This document shows positions 15,510 to 21,802 of a stretch of 24,000 nucleotides of DNA, one piece after another. Each line of letters starts with the position of its first letter. Position 1 is the first letter of the stretch. This stretch comes from Morganella morganii (GTDB lineage: Bacteria; Pseudomonadota; Gammaproteobacteria; Enterobacterales; Enterobacteriaceae), in contig NZ_JBFZSO010000005.1 in the NCBI RefSeq assembly GCF_041099235.1, forward strand, positions 36,465 through 60,464, written 5' to 3'. Below the pieces are notes generated by a model. That model had not been told where the DNA came from. It worked only from the letters and a program-made list of their open reading frames with translations, and searched no databases. Made by a program: the position numbers and the translations under genes.

Positions 15510-16382
15510 TCAGAAGGTGATGGAACGGCCGATACTGACCGGGTCACACCAGCGGGTTTTATACTCCCCGGACATCATGCCGTAAGAATAAATTACCGGT
15601 GCGGGCAGTTCTGCTGTCAGACAGAGATTGCGCCACATCAGCATTGTGCCGATAGAATATTTGCGTAAATTCATATCGTAGCCGATGTTCAGAAAATCAA
15701 TAAATGATCCCCGCTTTGACGGTGTGGAAAGCAATAACTGAATACCCACCGCTTTACCGTCAAGAAACGCAATTTCCCCGAAAAAGTTATTATAGCAATG
15801 ATGAAAAAGTGCGCGGATAACCGGATTATTTTCCACCTCATGCCCCCGCCGGTCTGCATATAACCGGAAGTAGGTTTCAAATAAAAAATCCGGCCCGACG
15901 GTGCTGACATTTTCAAATGTCCCGCCATCGGCCATAAATTTACGGATCTCTTTTTTCCGGGTGGCTTTGGTTTTGGAAGAAAAAGCAGACAGATCTTTTG
16001 AAACGGCCACATGACGCCGGGAAAACAGTGAAAATGAGCTGTTATAGAACTGACGGCATTCTGTACTCAGGGATTTGGTTTTAAATGGCAGAAAACATTT
16101 AACGTTTTTATTAAAAGGCAGCAGGATGGAGTAGCGGGGGAAATACATCCACTTCAGGCGGTTTGCGGGGTTATTATTGTCGTTTGCCAGCCAGCCGTTA
16201 TCTGTACAGACAGCACCTTCAATAACGCCTTTTTTTGTGTAAGCGTAGAAATCCGGTTCAACGCCCTGCTCCATGGCGAACTTAATATAGTGCGGTGAGG
16301 TTTCCGCATTATAACCGAACTTTTCACAGCAGGCTTCATAGTCACTGAAACTGCATTTTTCCCATCCCGGAAATTTCATCAT
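15510..16382 (-). CDS. Mig-14-family-like protein (GNAT/FemAB-like acyltransferase fold predicted), 290 aa
   Basis: Size and motif order resemble what I remember of Salmonella Mig-14: an N-terminal W...SFSDYE.C, then CFLPF, TRKKEIRKF...GG, and C-terminal SIGTMLMW.N and YSYG......YK..W. This is memory-based and needs an HMM search. Confidence 0.45.
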   Translation of the reverse strand: MMKFPGWEKCSFSDYEACCEKFGYNAETSPHYIKFAMEQGVEPDFYAYTKKGVIEGAVCTDNGWLANDNNNPANRLKWMYFPRYSILLPFNKNVKCFLPFKTKSLSTECRQFYNSSFSLFSRRHVAVSKDLSAFSSKTKATRKKEIRKFMADGGTFENVSTVGPDFLFETYFRLYADRRGHEVENNPVIRALFHHCYNNFFGEIAFLDGKAVGIQLLLSTPSKRGSFIDFLNIGYDMNLRKYSIGTMLMWRNLCLTAELPAPVIYSYGMMSGEYKTRWCDPVSIGRSITF

Positions 16383-16455
16383 ACCCGCAGCACTCTGATC
16401 ATTAATGTCATTATGCCCGCTATTCTAATTAAACCGGGTACAGGTGCAACTAATA

Positions 16456-16499
16456 ACAGAATCACCGTTGCGGGTTCATCCCCGCAACGGTGATTCTGT
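16456..16499 (-). terminator. Very strong hairpin downstream of the CDF gene (19-bp perfect stem)
   Basis: acagaatcaccgttgcggg (16456-16474) pairs perfectly with cccgcaacggtgattctgt (16481-16499); loop ttcatc. It starts 14 nt after the CDF stop on the minus strand and is followed there by ttattagtt. Confidence 0.6.
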
Positions 16500-16512
16500 C
16501 AGAAGATAATAA

Positions 16513-17460
16513 TCAGGTTGTCAGCCCGGCCCGGACGGACTGGGCGGGATCAATATGCGTCATCACACTCAGCACCTGCGGATCACGGCGGATATTCATT
16601 TCCGCTGCAATAGCGATATCATGACCTTCTTTGACCGTCAGGTTTTCATCAATTTCAATATGGACATCCACCAGCAGATAATCGCCGGACTTACGGGTTT
16701 TCAGATCATGCACCCCTTCCACCCCCGGGGTTTCCATCACAGACTGCGTGATTTTGGCAACGGTTTCTTCATCCGCACCGCGATCCATTAAATCCTGGAG
16801 AGACTGCAGGGTGAATTTCACTCCCATGCGCAAAATAAACAGCCCGACCACCAATGCCGCAATCGGATCCAGAATTTTATAACCCAGCAGACTGCCGGTG
16901 ATACCGATGGCCACCACCAGCGATGATGCCGCATCCGAACGGGCATGCCAGGCATTGGCCTCCAGCATATTGGATTTCACTTTGCGCGCCACATGCAGCA
17001 TATAGCGGAACAGGCCCTCTTTCGCCAGCAGTGCCAGCAGCGCGACATACAGCGCCAGCGAGTGTACTTCCGGAATAGTTTCCGGCGACATAATCCGTGA
17101 ACCGGCGGTCCACAGCATCCCGCCGCTGACGACCAGCAGCAGTACGCCCAGAACCAGTGATGCCACATTCTCGTAACGGAAATGGCCGTAAGGGTGTTCC
17201 TCATCCGGTGCTTTACAGCTGCCGCGGTTGGCAATCAGTACCACAAAATCAGCGATAAGGTCAGACAGAGTATGAACCCCGTCAGCAATCAGCCCCTGTG
17301 AGTGCGAGAAAATACCCGCCACAATCTGCCATGCAGACAACAGGGTATTCACCCAGACGCTGACCCAGGTACTTTTTTTCGCGGCCGCAAATTTTATCTC
17401 ACGGCTGATATCCGCGCTGTTTTCGGCGGTTTCATCCGCCTGTGCCGGTATATTGGACAT
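16513..17460 (-). CDS. Cation diffusion facilitator (CDF) family metal efflux transporter
   Basis: 315 aa. The TM2 motif ADGVHTLSDLIAD and the TM5 motif HARSDAASS are the two metal-site motifs of CDF proteins. HPYGH lies in the loop, and the C-terminal cytoplasmic domain has HDLK.R.SG......VHIE. Metal specificity cannot be read from the sequence. Confidence 0.8.
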   Translation of the reverse strand: MSNIPAQADETAENSADISREIKFAAAKKSTWVSVWVNTLLSAWQIVAGIFSHSQGLIADGVHTLSDLIADFVVLIANRGSCKAPDEEHPYGHFRYENVASLVLGVLLLVVSGGMLWTAGSRIMSPETIPEVHSLALYVALLALLAKEGLFRYMLHVARKVKSNMLEANAWHARSDAASSLVVAIGITGSLLGYKILDPIAALVVGLFILRMGVKFTLQSLQDLMDRGADEETVAKITQSVMETPGVEGVHDLKTRKSGDYLLVDVHIEIDENLTVKEGHDIAIAAEMNIRRDPQVLSVMTHIDPAQSVRAGLTT

Positions 17461-17907
17461 AATTTAATTCCACATTATTTTTGTGGTTAATACAAAGCAA
17501 ATACTTGCTGTGAATCGTGATCATTATAGTTCAGCAAACGGATTAATGCCGTTCTTTCTGAACAGGAAATAAAGAATTACAATTAACAAGGTTAAATCAG
17601 AATATTAATTCAGCGTCCGCAGTATGCCACAATATTTTTTTCACGTCTCCAATTTTATGATTTTATTTGATTTTTATAACTGAGAATCATTATTCTTATC
17701 GCTTTTAAAACGCCTTCTTTCATTTCCCGTCACTGATGACGTTATCATTATATTTTTTAATTCATTCTCTCCTTTTTATTATTGTTAATAATAAAAATAA
17801 ACGATAGTTATTTTCATTTCACAAATTAAATAAGCTGCCGTCATGATCACAGCACACGCTGTCATTTTTTGTCATACTGTCACTGATTTCAGTTAACAGG
17901 AGGCTGT

Positions 17908-18345
17908 ATGTACAACACGATTCTGGTTCCGATTGATATTCTTGAAGATGACCTGACAGACAAAATGCTGCCCCATGTGGAAGCACTGGCGAAAATTGAC
18001 AATCCTAAGATCCATTTCTTTACCGTTATCCCTAACGTGGAAATGTTCTTCGGGGTGGAATACGCCTCAATGCCGGTCAGTATGCGGGAATCCGGAGAGC
18101 GCATTGAGCTGGCGCTTGCCGCACTGAAAGAAATTATTAAAGGAATTGCCGTGCCGGAAAGTCAGTACACCCTGCACGCGGCTATCGGATCAGCCAAAAA
18201 CGAAATTCTCTCTTATGCCAAAGATATTAACGCCGACCTGATCCTGATGGGCTCTCACCGCCCGGGGGCGGCAACATTCCTGCTCGGCTCTACCGCAGCA
18301 ACGATTGTCCGTCATGCCAAAACATCGGTGATGGTTATCCGCTGA
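17908..18345 (+). CDS. Universal stress protein, UspF/UspG subfamily
   Basis: 145 aa. MYNTILVPIDI.EDDLT, AKID.PKIHFLTVIP-like, DLILMGSHRPG..TFLLGS.A..VVRHA..SV.V.R. It resembles remembered E. coli UspF more than UspA. AGGAGG lies 7 nt upstream. Confidence 0.8.
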   Translation: MYNTILVPIDILEDDLTDKMLPHVEALAKIDNPKIHFFTVIPNVEMFFGVEYASMPVSMRESGERIELALAALKEIIKGIAVPESQYTLHAAIGSAKNEILSYAKDINADLILMGSHRPGAATFLLGSTAATIVRHAKTSVMVIR

Positions 18346-18365
18346 ACCCGTTTATCTGTTTATTC

Positions 18366-18387
18366 TGCCCCGCGTCACTGCGGGGCA
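18366..18387. terminator. Hairpin between convergent usp and psiE
   Basis: tGCCCCGC gtcact GCGGGGCa, followed on the + strand by tgttattt. Confidence 0.6.
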
Positions 18388-18394
18388 TGTTATT

Positions 18395-18796
18395 TCAGCT
18401 GCGTTTAAGCTTATCGGTATTTGCCAGATATAACGCCACGGTCAGCGCCAGTATTGACAAGGTATGGAGGAATGTCGCATTGGCATCTGAATGATCGACA
18501 ATAATTAAGCGCACCATCGCCGTAATGCCGATATAGATAAAATAGCGCAGCGGAAAATGGTAGCCCGACGAAAAGTATTTCACAATTAAGGCAATAAATT
18601 CAAAATAGAGGAAATAAGTCACGATACTGTCTAATAACAGATAGGTTGTTTTCTCCTGCGCGGAAAACAGCAGATTAATCAGCGTCAGTGTTTCCTTTCC
18701 CATAAATACAATCAGCAGCACACCTAAAATCAGCAGTGCAATATTCAGAACCCATTGCAGCGCGGTTGCTATCTGGCGGGATGGCTGAAATTCCAT
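18395..18796 (-). CDS. psiE: Phosphate-starvation-inducible protein PsiE
   Basis: [44 protein letters not shown] and KLKR match E. coli PsiE. I start it at ATG 18796 (MEFQ...). The track start at 18802 is a TTG. Confidence 0.85.
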   Translation of the reverse strand: MEFQPSRQIATALQWVLNIALLILGVLLIVFMGKETLTLINLLFSAQEKTTYLLLDSIVTYFLYFEFIALIVKYFSSGYHFPLRYFIYIGITAMVRLIIVDHSDANATFLHTLSILALTVALYLANTDKLKRS

Positions 18797-18855
18797 AATC
18801 AATAGCCTCAGTAATAGACGACAATTACGCCCGTAAACAGTATGGGTTTAAGTGT

Positions 18856-18873
18856 ACGACGAAATGATGACAG
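18856..18873 (-). promoter_or_regulatory. Candidate Pho box (PhoB site) of the psiE promoter
   Basis: The minus strand reads CTGTCATcattTCGTCGT. The first 7-mer is perfect and the second is 4/7 against the consensus CTGTCATAWAWCTGTCAY. It lies 11 nt upstream of a CATACT -10-like hexamer (18844-18839), the usual Pho-promoter geometry. Confidence 0.35.
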
Positions 18874-18881
18874 AACCGAAT

Positions 18882-18908
18882 AAAAAAACACGGCGGATGC
18901 CGTGTTTT
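18882..18908 (-). terminator. Rho-independent terminator of eco
   Basis: aaaaACACGGC ggat GCCGTGTtttt. On the minus strand the stem is followed by a run of U. Confidence 0.75.
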
Positions 18909-18928
18909 ATATGTCAGATATTAACGGA

Positions 18929-19453
18929 TTATTTTGCCGGTGCATCCAGCAGTTGGTTATCCGTGCTCCAGATACGGTATTTTACTTCCACATCTTTAGG
19001 GGCATACACCACAACCGGCAGGCGGCTGTTGTAACGGACAAAGGCTTCGTCACCCAGGTTAGCGCTGACAAACGCTTCATGTTTTTCATTATTGAGGCAG
19101 CCCATCATGGTGGACATCGGCCCGGCTAAGTCGCCGGTCTCATAATAGTCATAACCGAAACCCTCAACGGTTTTCTGTGTCAGCGTACCGCCGAACCACT
19201 GACGGTTGCAGTCCACCATCTGTTTTTTACCGACAACCAGCTCGATTTTGTACTGCCCTTCATCAGATTTCGGCTCTACGGCAATCACATGGCGAACCTG
19301 ACCTGACGCAGCCTGCGGGAAATGTTTCAGCTCACTCATGCCATTGTCGGTTTTCACAATCTTCAGCGGCTCCATATCAGCGATTTTTGCTTCTTCAGCA
19401 TAAGCGCCTGCGGCGGCGAACATGGCCATAACAGGAAGGATCAATTTTTTCAT
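18929..19453 (-). CDS. eco: Ecotin, periplasmic serine-protease inhibitor
   Basis: Signal peptide MKKLILPVMAMFAAAGAYA. The mature part has KIELVVGK...VDCN, G.L..KT.EG.GYDYY, the reactive-site region PMSTMM.C and YNS.LP.VVY.P..V.VKYR.W, as in E. coli ecotin. The first track codon (19456) is TTG; the ATG is at 19453. Confidence 0.88.
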   Translation of the reverse strand: MKKLILPVMAMFAAAGAYAEEAKIADMEPLKIVKTDNGMSELKHFPQAASGQVRHVIAVEPKSDEGQYKIELVVGKKQMVDCNRQWFGGTLTQKTVEGFGYDYYETGDLAGPMSTMMGCLNNEKHEAFVSANLGDEAFVRYNSRLPVVVYAPKDVEVKYRIWSTDNQLLDAPAK

Positions 19454-19776
19454 CAAATAATTACCTTGTTTTATAAGTACATTTGATTATGAAATCGTCT
19501 CATAATCTTCATGCTGACTATTAAGAACATTATAATAATCTTTAGTTCACTGCCAGAGTAAAACACAGAATATTCTTATAAATTGGCAGATAATCTCAGA
19601 TAAATCATCACTGCCAGTGTGTTAAACTAATAAATCTGCCTGATACCATCAGCACCACCAATAAATCACGATATATTTATGCCATTCTGATCACGGATAT
19701 AACGATACGACCCATGCATTCCGGTGTGTGTTTGTTATACTGAAAAGGCTGTATTCCCCGTCAAACAGGAGGTTCT

Positions 19777-19989
19777 ATGCCATTTGATCAGCAAGCCCTT
19801 ATAGCACAGCTTAAAGACTCAAATCCTCGTTTTGCCGCACTGTATCTGAAACATCACCAGTTAAATAATGAAATCGCCGAGCTTGAAGGCCCGAACGGCG
19901 CAGGCTATAACGACAATGTCGTCCGGCTGAAAAAAGAAAAACTGCACGTTAAAGATGAGATGCAGCGCATTTTAGCGGAGTGTCAGTAG
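19777..19989 (+). CDS. ydcH: YdcH-like DUF465 small protein (70 aa)
   Basis: LI..LK..NPRF..L..KH..L..EIA..EG..G.GYN..VVR.KK.KL..KDEM..IL matches remembered E. coli YdcH. A strong RBS (AGGAGG) is present. Confidence 0.75.
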   Translation: MPFDQQALIAQLKDSNPRFAALYLKHHQLNNEIAELEGPNGAGYNDNVVRLKKEKLHVKDEMQRILAECQ

Positions 19990-20004
19990 TTTCTCCCCCT
20001 GTCA

Positions 20005-20032
20005 GATAACGCCCTTTTTCGCGGGCGTTATC
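20005..20032 (+). terminator. Probable terminator of the ydcH-like gene
   Basis: Perfect 10-bp stem gataacgccc / gggcgttatc, 8-nt loop. The downstream U tract is weak (ttat). Confidence 0.55.
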
Positions 20033-20090
20033 TTATGCCTCCTTCCCTTTCGCACCATAATCTGACCTGACGCAATCTATTGCGCATCAA

Positions 20091-20113
20091 AAGATGCATA
20101 ATAATTACATCTT
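20091..20113. promoter_or_regulatory. NsrR-type operator (11-1-11 inverted repeat) AAGATGCATAATAATTACATCTT
   Basis: Read directly, 22 bp upstream of the yecH-like ATG. The outer arms AAGATGCA / TACATCTT are as in the enterobacterial NsrR box, which I recall as approximately AAGATGCATTT-n-AAATRCATCTT (for example upstream of ytfE, hmp and ygbA). About 19/23 positions are identical to my recollection of the ytfE site. Confidence 0.6.
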
Positions 20114-20134
20114 TACTATCCGACCGGAGTTATT

Positions 20135-20383
20135 ATGTCTGAGAAAGCGTCTGTCCATGGCCACGAGGTCATGAATATGATTATTGAAAGCGGGAAACAT
20201 TACACCACAGAATCACTTATCGCGGCTATTCATGCCACGTTCGGCGAAAATACCCGCTTCCATACCTGCTCGGCAGAGAATATGGATGCAAAAGCACTGG
20301 TCAGTTTTCTGGCGGCACGCGGAAAGTTTATCGGTACTGAAGAGGGATTCAGCACATCAGCTGAGAAAATCTGCAATCACTGA
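20135..20383 (+). CDS. yecH: YecH-like DUF2492 putative metal-binding small protein (82 aa)
   Basis: HGHEV.NM.IESG..YT..SL.AAI.A.FGE..RFHTCSA......LV.FLAA.GKFI....GFST...KIC.H matches my recollection of E. coli YecH, with conserved His/Cys positions. Confidence 0.65.
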   Translation: MSEKASVHGHEVMNMIIESGKHYTTESLIAAIHATFGENTRFHTCSAENMDAKALVSFLAARGKFIGTEEGFSTSAEKICNH

Positions 20384-20398
20384 ATGGCGTAAAAAAAC

Positions 20399-20436
20399 CG
20401 CTATCTCCCCTGAAGGCACAAAAACCGGGAGATAGC
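20399..20436. terminator. Bidirectional terminator (best for dinI on the minus strand)
   Basis: Perfect 11-bp stem cgctatctccc / gggagatagcg with a 16-nt loop. It is followed by 7 U on the minus strand (A-run 20391-20397) and by TTT on the plus strand. Confidence 0.7.
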
Positions 20437-20458
20437 GTTTCCTGTAACAGGAAGAAAA

Positions 20459-20710
20459 TCATGATTGCACGTTGTCATCATCCATCCAGCTGTCATCTTC
20501 CCAGATGGTCTGAATGGTATCCATCAGCGACTGTTTATCGTCGGGGGATTTCACGCCGGAAATATTAATCGTGGTCTGGCTGCTTTGCGCAATACGGAAC
20601 TGCATATCCGGATATAACGGCAGGATCCGGCGTTTTAACTGGACTTCAAGGGACTGGATAAGATGCGCAGGCACTGCATTTCGTTTATCTAACAGAATTT
20701 CAATACGCAT
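20459..20710 (-). CDS. dinI: DNA-damage-inducible protein DinI family (83 aa)
   Basis: MRIEILLDK.....P........L...L.RRI...YPD and the acidic C-terminus IWEDDSWMDDD resemble E. coli DinI (MRIEVTIAK...; ...TWESADDWFVSE). Start is at ATG 20710 after GGAGAG. A LexA box lies immediately upstream. Confidence 0.8.
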   Translation of the reverse strand: MRIEILLDKRNAVPAHLIQSLEVQLKRRILPLYPDMQFRIAQSSQTTINISGVKSPDDKQSLMDTIQTIWEDDSWMDDDNVQS

Positions 20711-20726
20711 GATGTTGCTCTCCGTG

Positions 20727-20746
20727 AACTGTATACATATACAGTA
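20727..20746. promoter_or_regulatory. LexA (SOS) box
   Basis: The minus strand reads TACTGTATATGTATACAGTT (CTGT-N8-ACAG), 18/20 against TACTGTATATATATACAGTA. It directly abuts or overlaps the dinI -10. Confidence 0.85.
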
Positions 20747-20773
20747 TTTTATTTTTAAATAAAAAGAAAGCAA
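20746..20773 (-). promoter_or_regulatory. dinI sigma70 promoter (-35 TTGCTT, 16-bp spacer, -10 TAAAAT)
   Basis: Hexamers read on the minus strand at 20773-20768 and 20751-20746. Confidence 0.55.
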
Positions 20774-20829
20774 ATTTTTAGCACAGTATTTAAATTTACG
20801 GGCTTTACTGCACGAAAGAGGAGTTTCCG

Positions 20830-21186
20830 ATGGCCGGCAAACGTATTTTGCGGGAAATTAAAACCGTTACCCGTATGGTGGAACTGTATGAACAGCGCCA
20901 TCCGGCACCGGCAGATGCTCCGGAACATTACCGTGATCTGCTGGCGTATGCAGTGAAACGGCTGGAAAAATGCCGTTACGGCGAAGACAAACCGGCCTGT
21001 AAACAGTGCCCGGTGCACTGTTATCAGCCAAAACCGCGGGAAGAAATGAAAGTGATTATGCGCTGGGCCGGGCCGCGTATGCTGTGGCATCATCCGATCC
21101 TGGCTGTCCGTCATCTTATCGATGACAAAAAACCGGTACCGCCACTGCCGCAGCGCCGCCGCACGCCCCGCAATAATCAGGACTGA
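20830..21186 (+). CDS. ygbA: Nitrous-oxide-stimulated-promoter family protein YgbA
   Basis: GKRI..E..T...M..LYE.RHP, YA.KRL..C..GE.KPACKQCPVHCYQP..REEMK.IMRWAGPRMLW.HPIL.VRHLIDDK.PVP is close to identical to E. coli YgbA. The RBS is AGAGGAG. Confidence 0.85.
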   Translation: MAGKRILREIKTVTRMVELYEQRHPAPADAPEHYRDLLAYAVKRLEKCRYGEDKPACKQCPVHCYQPKPREEMKVIMRWAGPRMLWHHPILAVRHLIDDKKPVPPLPQRRRTPRNNQD

Positions 21187-21731
21187 CGCGCGCGGTAATC
21201 CGCCTGTGTGATCTTATAAAGTACATGCGTCTGTAACGGATGCCCCTGTTCCAGTGACGGATGCAGAAACTCCCGCTGATACCGCATCCCCGCCTTCACC
21301 ATCACCCGCTCAGAAGGCAGATTCACTTTCGCGGTAAACGCGACAATCTCCGGCATATTCAGCGTTATAAAGGCATGGTGCAGCACGATGTTTGCCGCTT
21401 CGGTTGCATAACCTTTACCGTGGAAGCGTTTCGCCAGACGCCAGCCGATTTCAGTACACGGACTGAAATCAAACGGCGCGGACGGGATATTAAGACCAAC
21501 AAACCCGGTAAATTCCCCGCTGCTTTTTTCTTCCGCCACCCACAATCCGAATGCTTTCTGCCGTTTAAAACGGCGGATAATTTCATCCGCCATCGCATCA
21601 CTTTCTGCCGCGCTCAGGCAGTCCGGAAAAAAACGCATAACGTCCGGATCCGCATTCAGCGCGCGGAACGGTGCATAATCTTCCGGCATCCAGGGACGCA
21701 AATGCAGACGCGGGGTTTCAAGAGTAAGCAT
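21177..21731 (-). CDS. GNAT-family N-acetyltransferase (RimJ/RimL-like, Acetyltransf_3 type)
   Basis: 184 aa. LETPRLHLRPW...D, then ...GFVGL......EIGW.L......GKGYATEAA and the topology ER.GM......F are typical of this GNAT subfamily. The substrate is unknown. The 3' end overlaps ygbA by 10 nt (convergent). Confidence 0.75.
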   Translation of the reverse strand: MLTLETPRLHLRPWMPEDYAPFRALNADPDVMRFFPDCLSAAESDAMADEIIRRFKRQKAFGLWVAEEKSSGEFTGFVGLNIPSAPFDFSPCTEIGWRLAKRFHGKGYATEAANIVLHHAFITLNMPEIVAFTAKVNLPSERVMVKAGMRYQREFLHPSLEQGHPLQTHVLYKITQADYRARQS

Positions 21732-21735
21732 ATAA

Positions 21736-21772
21736 TCCTCCGGTTCATTCAGTCATAAAATATACCGGAGGA
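21736..21772 (-). promoter_or_regulatory. Hairpin pairing the GNAT Shine-Dalgarno (GGAGGA) with an upstream anti-SD (UCCUCCGGU)
   Basis: Perfect 9-bp complementarity between 21736-21744 (tcctccggt) and 21764-21772 (accggagga), with a 19-nt loop. On the minus-strand RNA the 3' arm ACCGGAGGA ends 4 nt before the ATG at 21731. It could also act as the ccmA terminator. Confidence 0.5.
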
Positions 21773-21802
21773 GTATAACGGATTTACGCGGGGACGGCGC
21801 GG

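Noticed and set aside
17859-17883. Pho-box interpretation of the CTGTCATtttttGTCATaCTGTCAC repeats upstream of usp
   Set aside because: The repeat spacing (10 and 8 bp) does not fit the 11-bp periodicity of PhoB direct repeats, so an 18-mer alignment fails beyond the first half-site. It is kept only as an unexplained repeat in the finding on the 17461-17907 spacer.
19547-19617. Sigma-54 promoter reading of CTGGCAG (minus strand) in the eco spacer
   Set aside because: Neither copy has a TTGC -12 element at the required 5-nt spacing after TGGCA.
20774-20829. NsrR box upstream of ygbA
   Set aside because: Only the AT core (TATTTAAATTT) is present, with 5/11 and 3/11 matches in the two arms, so it is not reported as a site.
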